DNA of 64,000 bases from assembly GCA_018714345.1 (NCBI GenBank), contig DVNO01000036.1, forward strand, positions 240 through 64,239, in the 5' to 3' direction. Position numbers and translations under genes: made by a program. This stretch comes from Candidatus Enterousia avicola. GTDB lineage: Bacteria; Pseudomonadota; Alphaproteobacteria; Rs-D84. Positions 48,476-58,714 of this stretch are shown piece by piece; positions within the stretch are counted from its first letter, which is position 1; every line of letters starts with the position of its first letter. Below the pieces are notes generated by a model. The model had not been told where the DNA came from, made no database searches, and was given only the letters and a program-made list of their open reading frames with translations.

Positions 48476-49192
48476 TTATGCAGCCGCCGTAAAAACTTTC
48501 TGAACGTCATCATTATCGTCCAATGCATCAACAAGCTTTTCTAGCTTTGCATAAGTTTCTTCGTCTAAATCCATCGGCATATTTGGAATCCAAGTAAGTT
48601 CAGCACTTTCCGGTTCGCCCAACTTATCCGACAAAACTTTCTGAACTGTCATAAAGTCATCTGGCTTTGTTGTAATAATGAATCCTTCGTCAGACGATTC
48701 TAGATTGTCGGCATTTGCCTCCATTATGATTTCCATCATTTCGTCTTCTGTTTTACCAATTGATGCAGGATAGAAAATCTGCCCCACACGTGTAAACATA
48801 AACACAACACTTCCCTCTTCCCCCATGTTGCCACCATTTTTGGCGAAGATATTACGAACATCTGGAACCGTACGACGCGGGTTATCGGTCAACGCCTCTA
48901 CAATAACAGGAACAGCCCCTGGTCCATAACCTTCATAACGCACCGCAACATAGTTTTCTGTATTTGAACCAGACGCTTTATCAATTGCGCGCTTAATATT
49001 ATCATTCGGCATAGAGTTCTTACGAGCATTCAAGACCGCCAAACGCAACCGAGGGTTGTTATCTGGATTTTTATCGCCCAATTTTGCCGCCATTGTTATT
49101 TCACGTGCCAGCTTCGTAAACAAACCGCTACGAGCTGCATCCACAGCACCTTTTTTGTGCTGAATATTATGCCATTTGCTGTGTCCACTCAT
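48476..49192 (-). CDS. yebC: YebC/PmpR-family transcriptional regulator
   Basis: N-terminus MSGHSKWHNIQHKKG is the YebC signature. Confidence 0.9.
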   Translation of the reverse strand: MSGHSKWHNIQHKKGAVDAARSGLFTKLAREITMAAKLGDKNPDNNPRLRLAVLNARKNSMPNDNIKRAIDKASGSNTENYVAVRYEGYGPGAVPVIVEALTDNPRRTVPDVRNIFAKNGGNMGEEGSVVFMFTRVGQIFYPASIGKTEDEMMEIIMEANADNLESSDEGFIITTKPDDFMTVQKVLSDKLGEPESAELTWIPNMPMDLDEETYAKLEKLVDALDDNDDVQKVFTAAA

Positions 49193-49242
49193 ATTTGACC
49201 TTTTACTTTTATTTGATTAAAATTACTACAAAAGGATAACAA

Positions 49243-49821
49243 ATGATTGGGAAATTGCAAGGCATAGTTGATTATATTGGTGATGGGTTTATTATATTAA
49301 TGGTACACGACGTTGGCTATAAAGTCTTTACCCCTGAATACTTAACCCCAAAATCAACTGTGTCTTTATGGATAGAAACAGTAGTTCGCGAAGATTCAAT
49401 AAGGTTATTTGGTTTTTCGTCCATAGCTGCCCAAAACCTGTTTATACAACTAAACGGCGTATCTGGTGTTGGTCCCAAGGTAGCCTTGGCCATAATGAGC
49501 ACGATAAAAACAGACACACTGATGTCCGCAATCGCAACAGGTGACGCCAAGACGATAGCAACCGCGCCGGGGGTTGGAAAAAAAGTTGCTGAAAAAATAA
49601 TATTAGAATTAAAGAACAAGGTCGGTGGTGCGTCTTTCGACTTTGGTGCGTCAAATTCTGACGGTTCTGCCCTGCCTGATTTGCTGGCTGCACTAGAATC
49701 ATTGGGTTACAGAAGATTAGATATAATAGATATAGCCCAAAAATTGGTAAAAGAAAATCCAAGCTCGGACGTTGCCAAATTAGTACCAATGGCATTAAAA
49801 GAAATCAGTGGGAATAAGTAA
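49243..49821 (+). CDS. ruvA: Holliday junction DNA helicase subunit RuvA
   Basis: MIGKLQG N-terminus, HhH motifs (GVGPKVAL, GVGKKVAEKI) and a C-terminal domain. 192 aa. Confidence 0.9.
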   Translation: MIGKLQGIVDYIGDGFIILMVHDVGYKVFTPEYLTPKSTVSLWIETVVREDSIRLFGFSSIAAQNLFIQLNGVSGVGPKVALAIMSTIKTDTLMSAIATGDAKTIATAPGVGKKVAEKIILELKNKVGGASFDFGASNSDGSALPDLLAALESLGYRRLDIIDIAQKLVKENPSSDVAKLVPMALKEISGNK

Positions 49822-50966
49822 TGAATAAAATCAAACAATTTTTATATGCAATAGGCATTTTAACAAATGTGCCCCATAAAAAAATAAACAGCATAGACGA
49901 ATTGCTGCAATTGCCGTTTGAAAGTACCCCGAATCAAAAACGGGTTCATCATGTAGATTTGTCTGAAATAGACTTATCAAAAGAGAAAGATATGTTCACA
50001 GGTCCCCTTCCAAAATACTACGTTTCACCCGAAGAAGCGAAAAAATTAAAAATTGTGACAAACTGGACCACAGATGTAATCTGGCCTACTGCAGACAAAT
50101 TGCCACCTGATTTTAATCCTGTAAAGGAACTAGAAACCGCAAAAACCCCGACGGACACAATTAACTTGCATAAATCCGGTAAAACCGGCAAAGGCATATC
50201 AATAGCGATTATTGATCAGCGCTTAAATAGAGAACACCCAGAATATGCCAGCAACATAAAACATTATTCTGTTTTTGGGCCATGGGATAAAAACGGAATT
50301 GATTATCATGGCAGTTTGGTTTCTGGTTGTGCTGTCGGCCACACAACAGGGACTGCCCCCGACGCAAATTTATATTACTTTGCCGCGCCAATGATTGTAG
50401 ACGGTGAACTGGACAGAAAATATATAAACGAAGCAATCAGACAGTTATTAGAAATAAACAAAACATTACCCGAAAATAAGAAGATAAGATTTTTATCATG
50501 CAGTTGGGGCGGTACAAAAGACAACGGCGTAGATGAAACTAAAGTACTTTTTGATGAATGCGAAAAAAGCGGAATTATGGTAATTGGAGGAGCATATAAA
50601 GCAACATCAGAATATATTCCATACGACAAAAAATATAAAAACAAAACAAACCTTATCGGGATTCCAACAAATGGAAAAACAACACCGTTTTGGCAAGGTG
50701 GCTATTATTACACTCGCCAAGGAGGAACATCTTCAACATTTCCGTATATTGCTGGAATTCTTGCTTGTGCAACACAAGGAAATGAACTATTTTTCACACG
50801 CAAAAATTGGCCGGATGAGTTAAGAAATATAATAAAGCAAACCGCAACAAATTCACCAGAACATGGTTTAGCAATTAATCCTGACGGGATTGCAGAAACA
50901 GTTACACAAATTACGAAAGAAATGGAAAAGCAGATAATAATAAACAAAAGTAAACAAAATGAATAA
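49821..50966 (+). CDS. subtilisin-like S8 serine peptidase, no signal peptide
   Basis: Candidate triad blocks: D in GISIAIIDQ, H in YHGSLVSGCAVG, S in GGTSSTFPYIAGILA. Its start overlaps the ruvA stop (TAATG) and its end overlaps the mnmE start by 8 nt. Confidence 0.6.
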   Translation: MNKIKQFLYAIGILTNVPHKKINSIDELLQLPFESTPNQKRVHHVDLSEIDLSKEKDMFTGPLPKYYVSPEEAKKLKIVTNWTTDVIWPTADKLPPDFNPVKELETAKTPTDTINLHKSGKTGKGISIAIIDQRLNREHPEYASNIKHYSVFGPWDKNGIDYHGSLVSGCAVGHTTGTAPDANLYYFAAPMIVDGELDRKYINEAIRQLLEINKTLPENKKIRFLSCSWGGTKDNGVDETKVLFDECEKSGIMVIGGAYKATSEYIPYDKKYKNKTNLIGIPTNGKTTPFWQGGYYYTRQGGTSSTFPYIAGILACATQGNELFFTRKNWPDELRNIIKQTATNSPEHGLAINPDGIAETVTQITKEMEKQIIINKSKQNE

Positions 50967-52266
50967 TAACGAAAATATTTTTGCGCTGTCCAGTGGACAT
51001 GGAAAGTCCGGTGTTGCAGTAATACGTGTATCGGGCGATGATTTATATAAATTATTTTTGCAAATAACCAACCGTAAATCCGCAGACGCACGACATGCAT
51101 ATTTTGCAAACATGCGCGACGACGACGGCGGTATTATAGACCAAATTGTTGCAACCTACTTTGCGGCACCTGCTTCTTTTACCGGAACCGACATGATAGA
51201 AATCTATTCACATGGTGCACCGGCGGTAATTGATAAAATATTTGAATATCTATCCGCAACTGGTGCCCGCATGGCGGCACCCGGTGAATTTTCAAGACGT
51301 GCCTTTTATAATGGGAAAATGGACTTGGCGGATGTGGACGGCTTGGCCGCCCTGCTGGATGCACAAACAGATGCACAAAGAAAAAGTGCACTTACGTCTA
51401 TGATGGGCGGAGACAGTCATATATATGATGCATGGCGCAAACAAATGATAGAAATTTCTGCCTATGCGGCAGCAATGCTTGACTATTCAGAAGATGAATT
51501 ACCAGCAAATATAGAAAAAACTATCCGCGAAAAAACAGAAAAATTATACACGGAAATAGAACTATCATTATCGCGCTATGCGGCGGTTCGTGCTATCCGC
51601 AGCGGTTTTAATATCGCATTGGTTGGTGATACAAACGTTGGAAAATCATCCCTGTTCAATGCAATACTTGGGGCAAATCGTGCAATTGTATCCGACATAC
51701 CTGGCACAACCCGTGACGTTGTATCTGCATCAATGGACATTGGCGGATATTTGGTAAATCTGTCTGATACGGCGGGTCTACGTGAAACAGAAGACACAAT
51801 AGAAAGAATAGGAATCGAGCGCACACAATCCGAAATAGAAAATGCAAATTTAATATTGCGTGTCGTTGACGGTTCTAAAAAAGTTAAGAATCAAAAATTA
51901 GCTGACAATGAAATCTTAGTAATTAATAAATCAGACCTATCCAAAGATAAAAAAATCAAAGATGCAATTTACGTGTCTGCAAAAAGCAGTGACGGAATAC
52001 CCCATTTAGTACAAATAATTAAGAAAAAAATTTCAGAACTTACAAAAAATTCTGAATCAAGCGTGGCAGTAAATGCACGTACACGTACACTTCTAACTGA
52101 TGCAGCAAGCGAGTTAAAAAATGCCCTCACTGCCCCCGCTGGAAATTATGACATCTTTTCCGAACACACACGTCGGGCTGCAGATGACATAGGAAAAATA
52201 CTTGGTGTAATCACCGCCACAGACGTGATGGATGCGACATTTTCACAACTGTGCCTAGGCAAATAA
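50959..52266 (+). CDS. mnmE: tRNA modification GTPase MnmE
   Basis: N-terminus ALSSGHGKSGVAVIRVSG, G-domain GDTNVGKSSLFN, and C-terminal C-x-GK. 435 aa. Confidence 0.9.
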   Translation: MNNNENIFALSSGHGKSGVAVIRVSGDDLYKLFLQITNRKSADARHAYFANMRDDDGGIIDQIVATYFAAPASFTGTDMIEIYSHGAPAVIDKIFEYLSATGARMAAPGEFSRRAFYNGKMDLADVDGLAALLDAQTDAQRKSALTSMMGGDSHIYDAWRKQMIEISAYAAAMLDYSEDELPANIEKTIREKTEKLYTEIELSLSRYAAVRAIRSGFNIALVGDTNVGKSSLFNAILGANRAIVSDIPGTTRDVVSASMDIGGYLVNLSDTAGLRETEDTIERIGIERTQSEIENANLILRVVDGSKKVKNQKLADNEILVINKSDLSKDKKIKDAIYVSAKSSDGIPHLVQIIKKKISELTKNSESSVAVNARTRTLLTDAASELKNALTAPAGNYDIFSEHTRRAADDIGKILGVITATDVMDATFSQLCLGK

Positions 52267-52350
52267 AAACTTTAACAGTGCAAAATATCATTCTGATTAT
52301 TCTATATTTTTCTTAAAGCTAACAAAATAATTTAAGTAATTATTTTGAAT

Positions 52351-52387
52351 AAAAAGTACCCGCCAAAAAGGCGGGCTATTTTTTATT
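52351..52387. terminator. bidirectional rho-independent terminator
   Basis: CCCGCC-AAAAA-GGCGGG preceded by an A-run and followed by CTATTTTTTATT. Confidence 0.65.
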
Positions 52388-52401
52388 AACGCTGTTTAGA
52401 A

Positions 52402-53982
52402 CTACTCTTTTCTGATTGGATATTTACCATCGATTAAGTTCTGACGAACGACGTGATGTTTTACCTTTTGTGTACTTGTCATTGGCAAATCATCTGTTGT
52501 CATAGCAAAGTGAGTTACCCATTTATATGAAGCAACTTTCTTATTCGCCTGCGCAACGGCCGCCGCCAATTTTTCCAGCGTCATTGATGGTTCAACACTG
52601 AACACACCATAAGTAACAGTTTTATTTTTCACCTTGTGTTCAAATACGGCAACGTTCTTAACACCTGGTATTTCCATAAACATGGCTTCCAATTCATCTG
52701 GATATACATTCTTTCCAGAATCCAAAACGATAACCTGCTTTTTACGTCCTGCAAAATGCAATTCACCGTTTTTATCCATAGACACCATATCACCAGTATT
52801 AAAGAATCCGCGTTCATCAAACACTTCTTCGTTTACCGATGGATTATTCAGATATCCACCAAACACCTGATGACCACGCAGCCATAATACACCGACCCCA
52901 TCTTCGTTTTTATCACGAATTTCGCATTCGTTATTTGTTGTTGGCGCACCAAAAGCAAACGGGAAACGTTTCTTTGTTGGCTTTGATATACAGATTGGAC
53001 CAACCGTTTCTGTTAATCCATATCCTTGTATAAAGGTCAAACCAAGACGTTCATAAAATGTTTCAACTTCTGGCTTTGTTGCGGCCCCACCTGCAATCAA
53101 CAAACGTGCACGACCACCAAACACGGCCAAGACAGGTTCTTGCACTTTACGAACCAATGCCCCAAGGCCGATTTTCTTCAATAATTTACCATATTTCAAA
53201 ACTATAGATACCAGCCACCATTTACGTTGAGCTTTTATATTATCTATAATTTTATTACGGAAAACTTCCCATAATCTTGGAACAGCGGGAATAACATGTG
53301 GACGATAAACCCTGAAGTCTTCCAAAATTTCTTTCGGGTTAACAGTTGGCTGTAACAATACCCCCGCCCCATAATGCAGCGTTGCCAACAATTCAACGGC
53401 AAAGCCGAAAATATGGTACATAGGTAAAAATCCATACATAACGAATCCAGGTTGAATCCACTCATGCATATCTTCCAAAGAATTAGAACACTCAATCAAA
53501 TTAAAATGAGTCAAAGGAACAACCTTTGGCGTTCCAGTAGAGCCCGACGTAAATGATAACGTAGCAACATCCAAAGACTCTAATTGAGCAGGTTTTAATT
53601 TCGGATCTGCTTTACCATCTTTCTTTGTGATATCATAGAACTTAAAGTTCTTTGTTTTATAAAAGAAAGACTTTTCTGCGCATACGATATGGCAATCCGT
53701 AGTAGCAGTCATATTATCATATTCAAATGGCGTCAAGTTAGTATCCAGCAACAGCGCGGTTCCACCAAGATACCAAATTGCGAATAACGTAATTGGGAAT
53801 TCTGGTATATTATGCGCCAAAACACCAACTATATCACCTTTTTTTACACCTGCCGCATGCAAAGACGTTGCACGGGCTTTTACCAAATCAACAAATCCTG
53901 AGAACGTAACGTTTTCGCGGACCAGGAACAAATTATCTGGCCAAGTCGTTGCTGCACGCTCCAGTAATTGATACATATTCAT
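52402..53982 (-). CDS. AMP-dependent synthetase/ligase (long-chain acyl-CoA synthetase-like)
   Basis: AMP-binding motif SFTSGSTGTPKVV. 526 aa. Confidence 0.82.
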   Translation of the reverse strand: MNMYQLLERAATTWPDNLFLVRENVTFSGFVDLVKARATSLHAAGVKKGDIVGVLAHNIPEFPITLFAIWYLGGTALLLDTNLTPFEYDNMTATTDCHIVCAEKSFFYKTKNFKFYDITKKDGKADPKLKPAQLESLDVATLSFTSGSTGTPKVVPLTHFNLIECSNSLEDMHEWIQPGFVMYGFLPMYHIFGFAVELLATLHYGAGVLLQPTVNPKEILEDFRVYRPHVIPAVPRLWEVFRNKIIDNIKAQRKWWLVSIVLKYGKLLKKIGLGALVRKVQEPVLAVFGGRARLLIAGGAATKPEVETFYERLGLTFIQGYGLTETVGPICISKPTKKRFPFAFGAPTTNNECEIRDKNEDGVGVLWLRGHQVFGGYLNNPSVNEEVFDERGFFNTGDMVSMDKNGELHFAGRKKQVIVLDSGKNVYPDELEAMFMEIPGVKNVAVFEHKVKNKTVTYGVFSVEPSMTLEKLAAAVAQANKKVASYKWVTHFAMTTDDLPMTSTQKVKHHVVRQNLIDGKYPIRKE

Positions 53983-54051
53983 AACAAAAATTCCTTGTTT
54001 TTTTTATATTGGACAGGCATTATTATACCCACAAGGAAAAAGATTTCAATT

Positions 54052-54822
54052 ATGAAAATACTTACATTAAACATAAACTCTATACGAGCCCACGCAGAAA
54101 GTTTTATAGACATCTTGCGTGCAGGTGAATATGACGTCATTCTGGTTCAAGAATTAAAAGTCGAAACAGCGAACTTTCCATATAACATTTTTGATGAATA
54201 CGGCTATAATGTTAAAGTTTTCGGGCAAAAAAGTTGGAATGGTGTTGCAGTTTTTTCTAAATATTCAATAGAAGATACAACAATTGGACTACCAAACTAT
54301 CCGGACATTAACGCAAGATTTATCGAATGTGTTATTGACGGTCGCGTACGTATTATAAATGTATATATGCCAAATGGAGACACCATAGATTCACCCAAAT
54401 TTCCATATAAATTGGAATGGATGCGTGCATTTACAGCACACATAAACCAATACATAAATTCGCCAGAACAGGTAATTATAGGTGGTGATTTTAATGTAGC
54501 TCTTACAGACAAAGATGTGTGGAAGCCGGCAAATTATGTAGGTATTGCTATTGCCGCACCACAGGCGCGTGAAATCATGCAATCATGGCTAGACGCTGGT
54601 TGGACCGACGTTTGGCGCACTATGCATCCAAACGATATAGACTATACATGGTATGGATATCGTGGCGGTGACACAATAGGTAAAAAACAAGGACTGCGTC
54701 TAGACTATTTCTTGGCAAATCCAACAGCAATGAAGTCAATAAAATCATGTGAAATAGATATGGCACCACGATTGGCTCAAAAGCCAACAGATCACTGTGG
54801 TTTAATGATAAAAATAGATTAA
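54052..54822 (+). CDS. xth: exodeoxyribonuclease III
   Basis: N-terminus MKILTLNINSIRAH and the EEP fold. The start was set at the internal ATG at 54052, which has AAGGAAAAAG upstream. The ORF-track start at 53968 is probably spurious. Confidence 0.88.
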   Translation: MKILTLNINSIRAHAESFIDILRAGEYDVILVQELKVETANFPYNIFDEYGYNVKVFGQKSWNGVAVFSKYSIEDTTIGLPNYPDINARFIECVIDGRVRIINVYMPNGDTIDSPKFPYKLEWMRAFTAHINQYINSPEQVIIGGDFNVALTDKDVWKPANYVGIAIAAPQAREIMQSWLDAGWTDVWRTMHPNDIDYTWYGYRGGDTIGKKQGLRLDYFLANPTAMKSIKSCEIDMAPRLAQKPTDHCGLMIKID

Positions 54823-54826
54823 ATTC

Positions 54827-57340
54827 CTAATCGTTGCAACGGGCTAAATCATCATACATTTTGTATTTAGCCTCGTGCGTTTGCCGATATTCGTAAGGTG
54901 CACGACCGACCAAAAAGATGTCTATTACCTGCTTTACTTTCTCTACGGCCGCTTTCATCATTTGCTCTGTAACGACCGAGTCATAGTTAACAGTCTTCAC
55001 ATCTCTATTTTTTAACTGCAAAAACATCATCACAGGCGTTTGCGATTTTATGGTGGTTTTTATCGGAAAACCACCTTTTTGTAAAATATATGCTTCTAAC
55101 GGTAATTGAGGCATAGTCCCCTTTTCTAGATTAGATTTAGATGGAACCGCACCAGTTTTAATATCCATTACCCCGCCATCCCATATACGGTCTGCACGTG
55201 CCCTGACAGTATGACCATCTATTGTTATTTTACCGTCAATTTCTGGTACAGAACCAACCAAATCTGTCATCAGATTTGCAACAACTGGCGCAATTTCTAA
55301 AAACCTTTTATGCCAAAAGTGAAACAATACACTGTCTGCACCAAGCTTTTCTAACGCCCTTGCATCCATTTCTTGAACCAATGTGGTTGGCGAAAAATCA
55401 CTACTTTTTTCTATAACCTCGTGCACTAAATTACCAAAATCCCTTGCATCTGGCAACGCCCAGTAATCATTTAGAACACGTAACCTTAACAAATGCCGTA
55501 CATAAAAAGCATATGGATTATGAATCAATAGCTCTAAATCTGTAACATATATATCCCCCCAATCAACAGGTGGACAAGGCGCAGAGTAATCAAGTGGCAA
55601 TAGTTCAACTTTATCCCTGCCCCGAACAATAGACAGCACAGACTTTTCAAAATCTACATCATATTTTCCACGCCTAACGGCCACCCTAGACAAGAATCTG
55701 GACGGCATGGTTTTCACCCCACCAGACGTAGAACTTCGTGTCCAAAAAACATCTTTACCACAAGACAAGTTCATAAAATCTAGCGCCTGCAAAGAAACTT
55801 TTCTATCTGGTGACGGTAACCCAATTTTTTCAGCTATATCACGTGGCAACCATGCGTTTTCATATCCCTGGGCAGGAAACATTCCATCATTTAGCGCTGT
55901 CAAAATTACCACATCCGCCGTCTGCATTCGTGATTCTATTGTTCCTAACACGATAATTTTAACATCTTCATCTATCTGTGTACGCACCTGAACAGAACTA
56001 AGTGCATCTGCTATAAAAGAACGGGCATCAGCTAAAGTTAGTCGCATATTCAGCGTCTTTAAACATTCAGACAATTCTTTCAATGCCTGCCAAATTTGAA
56101 TAGAATCACTTTCATCCAGCAAAAACTTAGGTTCGAAATCAAGTTCATAATCATCAACAATGCTAACAAGCGTTCTAATTAAATCATAGCCACAAGAACT
56201 ATAAACATTATCAAAAAAAGACGTATCATAATTTTCTATCCATTCGTCAAATTTATTTAATATAGCCCGCCCTAAAAGCGTCCTTGTGCCAGGTATTGCA
56301 CCGGAAAAATCTGCCTTTAAACCACGTGCCTTAAATTCTGCCGCTATACGTTGATTTCCGGCCGCATCGGGCGTTATAACCAATACTGTTTTATTTTCTT
56401 CAACTGCTTGGGTTGCAATCTCTGCAACAACAACCGCTTCTTCGCTCTCCCTTTCACAATTAATTAAATGGCAATGCGATAAATCTGTAAATTCCTGCGG
56501 TATATCTGTATCGTTACCAAAAGCACAGTTGAAAAAGTTTATACAACTTTTGCCAACATCTATCGGAACTAGCTCTTGCATCGACACCCCTATACGATTT
56601 AAAAACTTATATTCCGCATTATACGGATTAGTAGCCAGTATAAAGTCTTCATGTCTTCCATCAATATGACCAGATAAAATAATTCTTCCATTCGGCATTT
56701 TCGCTATGGCTTCCATCAAATCTGCCGTTGCTGGAACACTTGCCGTTGAACCACAAACGACAACCAGTTTATACTTGTCTAGCGACTTTATCCACGCCCT
56801 GATATCAGAATTACGTACCTGAGTTTTAGTTGGTTTGTTATTGGTAACAAGCTTTTGTGCCTCAGACAAAATGTTTAGTAGCTTGGCCTTATGTTGGAAA
56901 TGTGCTGCATACTTATCATCAACAAGTTCCATCCAATTTATTTCGGTTACATCAACACCTTCGTTTTCAAGATAGTCCTGCATGCGTAACAAATCATGCG
57001 CCACAGGTAACGCCGTTACAACATTTCCTATACTTGCATCAGCCACAAGTAATTTAGTAATTAGGGCCAACCTCATAGTATCTGATAGCGCATCAACAGA
57101 TTCTTCATCTTCTTCTGAATTTTCATCTGACCCCTCGCCCAGCGCAACCAAGCGCGGTAAAAAAATACTATGACCTGCCCTATCAACTAAAAACTTTTCT
57201 AAACCTCGTACAGCACGACGACTCGGCAAAAAAATCAACATATCGGACAAAGGCACGCCAGAATCCTGTAATACTTTATACAAAGCATCCATCATCCGCG
57301 CTGGATTTGTCGCATAAAAAATGTTTTTATTTGATGCCAA
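54827..57340 (-). CDS. AddB-like PD-(D/E)XK nuclease family protein
   Basis: 837-aa protein with a C-terminal RecB-type nuclease motif ...RADRIWDGGVMDIKTGAVP (compare DYKTG). No addA is adjacent. Confidence 0.55.
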   Translation of the reverse strand: MASNKNIFYATNPARMMDALYKVLQDSGVPLSDMLIFLPSRRAVRGLEKFLVDRAGHSIFLPRLVALGEGSDENSEEDEESVDALSDTMRLALITKLLVADASIGNVVTALPVAHDLLRMQDYLENEGVDVTEINWMELVDDKYAAHFQHKAKLLNILSEAQKLVTNNKPTKTQVRNSDIRAWIKSLDKYKLVVVCGSTASVPATADLMEAIAKMPNGRIILSGHIDGRHEDFILATNPYNAEYKFLNRIGVSMQELVPIDVGKSCINFFNCAFGNDTDIPQEFTDLSHCHLINCERESEEAVVVAEIATQAVEENKTVLVITPDAAGNQRIAAEFKARGLKADFSGAIPGTRTLLGRAILNKFDEWIENYDTSFFDNVYSSCGYDLIRTLVSIVDDYELDFEPKFLLDESDSIQIWQALKELSECLKTLNMRLTLADARSFIADALSSVQVRTQIDEDVKIIVLGTIESRMQTADVVILTALNDGMFPAQGYENAWLPRDIAEKIGLPSPDRKVSLQALDFMNLSCGKDVFWTRSSTSGGVKTMPSRFLSRVAVRRGKYDVDFEKSVLSIVRGRDKVELLPLDYSAPCPPVDWGDIYVTDLELLIHNPYAFYVRHLLRLRVLNDYWALPDARDFGNLVHEVIEKSSDFSPTTLVQEMDARALEKLGADSVLFHFWHKRFLEIAPVVANLMTDLVGSVPEIDGKITIDGHTVRARADRIWDGGVMDIKTGAVPSKSNLEKGTMPQLPLEAYILQKGGFPIKTTIKSQTPVMMFLQLKNRDVKTVNYDSVVTEQMMKAAVEKVKQVIDIFLVGRAPYEYRQTHEAKYKMYDDLARCND

Positions 57341-57881
57341 TTATAGTCCTTAATGGTTCTAAGCCAGTTTTCTTTTCTGCCGATGTTTCCAAAATTTCGG
57401 CGATCATAGCAGGATGATTCTCGTGACTTATTTTTTGCTGTGATTTTTCACGTATACGCTTATCTTTCTTAGTATACACAATTTGGTATGAAATTCCATG
57501 TATGTCACAAAAGTCCATTAAATCCAAGTCAGAATCACGTGCGCCTATTCTAGAATCAATCAAGATAAACAATCGACGCAACTGCCTGCGCGTCATCAAA
57601 TATTCTTCTAATCTTTGCAACCAATTGAGAGCATCTTCCTTAGAAACCCGCGCATATCCGTAGCCTGGCAAATCAACCAACATAACCCTATCGTCAATAT
57701 TAAATAAATTCAACGTCTGTGTGCGTCCCGGTGTATTTGAAGTCCGCGCAACATTTGCATTTACTACCGCATTTAATAAAGATGACTTCCCAACATTGCT
57801 GCGCCCAACAAAAGCATATTCTGGGAATTGAGTATTTGGCAAAGACGGGACTTTATCAAAGCCACCAACGAATTTTATCAT
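57327..57881 (-). CDS. engB: ribosome biogenesis GTP-binding protein YihA/EngB
   Basis: G1 motif GRSNVGKSSLLN. Confidence 0.85.
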   Translation of the reverse strand: MIKFVGGFDKVPSLPNTQFPEYAFVGRSNVGKSSLLNAVVNANVARTSNTPGRTQTLNLFNIDDRVMLVDLPGYGYARVSKEDALNWLQRLEEYLMTRRQLRRLFILIDSRIGARDSDLDLMDFCDIHGISYQIVYTKKDKRIREKSQQKISHENHPAMIAEILETSAEKKTGLEPLRTIIGIK

Positions 57882-58708
57882 TACGCATTTCCTTTATTCA
57901 GCATACGCTTATAGGCTTCTTTTTTAGATATCCCTGCCCGTTTGGCTAAATCTGCTGCCGCAGATTTAGTAGACGTTTCAGACGTTATATCATTTATAAT
58001 TTCAGAAATTTCTTCATCTGACATCTTATGATCTGGTGCCGGCGAAACAACTATCACAATTTCCCCACGTGGTGGCTCTATATGCAGTAAATCTGCTGGA
58101 TATCCAATAATTGTTTCTTCATGAATTTTTGTTATTTCTCGAACAACCGCGATCTTTCGTTCTGGCATAACACGATTCAAGGCAGCTATGGTTGTCATTA
58201 TACGATTTGGGCTTTCGTAATAAATTATCGTATGCCTAATTTTATTATCATCACGCAATTTCTTTTCATCAAAGAACCCACAGAAAGTAAACCTGTCTGT
58301 TGGAAAGCCCGACAAGACCAGCGCAGAAATTGCTGCAACAGGTCCAGGAACAACGTACACAGGAAGACCTGCTTCACGCGCCGCCCGCACAAGCCTGAAT
58401 CCAGGATCGCTTACCCCCGGCATCCCAGCATCTGATACAGCCGCAACGGATATTCCTGTCTGTAATTTTTCTATTAAATCTGGAATTACATCACGCTCAT
58501 TATGCTCATGACAAGAAACACGAGGTGTTTTAATATCGAAACGAGCTGCCAATTTAGCAAAAACCCTTGTGTCTTCTGCGGCAATCAAATCAACATTCTT
58601 CAAAACCTCCACCGCTCTTGGTGACATATCGGACAAATTTCCAATTGGCGTTCCGACTATATAAAGCCCTGTTTGCATTGCAATTCCTTTTATAGTAAAA
58701 TGATACAT
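57881..58708 (-). CDS. rsmI: 16S rRNA (cytidine1402-2'-O)-methyltransferase
   Basis: N-terminus LYIVGTPIGNLSDMSPRA...AAEDTR of the tetrapyrrole-methylase fold. Confidence 0.85.
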   Translation of the reverse strand: MYHFTIKGIAMQTGLYIVGTPIGNLSDMSPRAVEVLKNVDLIAAEDTRVFAKLAARFDIKTPRVSCHEHNERDVIPDLIEKLQTGISVAAVSDAGMPGVSDPGFRLVRAAREAGLPVYVVPGPVAAISALVLSGFPTDRFTFCGFFDEKKLRDDNKIRHTIIYYESPNRIMTTIAALNRVMPERKIAVVREITKIHEETIIGYPADLLHIEPPRGEIVIVVSPAPDHKMSDEEISEIINDITSETSTKSAAADLAKRAGISKKEAYKRMLNKGNA

Positions 58709-58714
58709 AATTAA

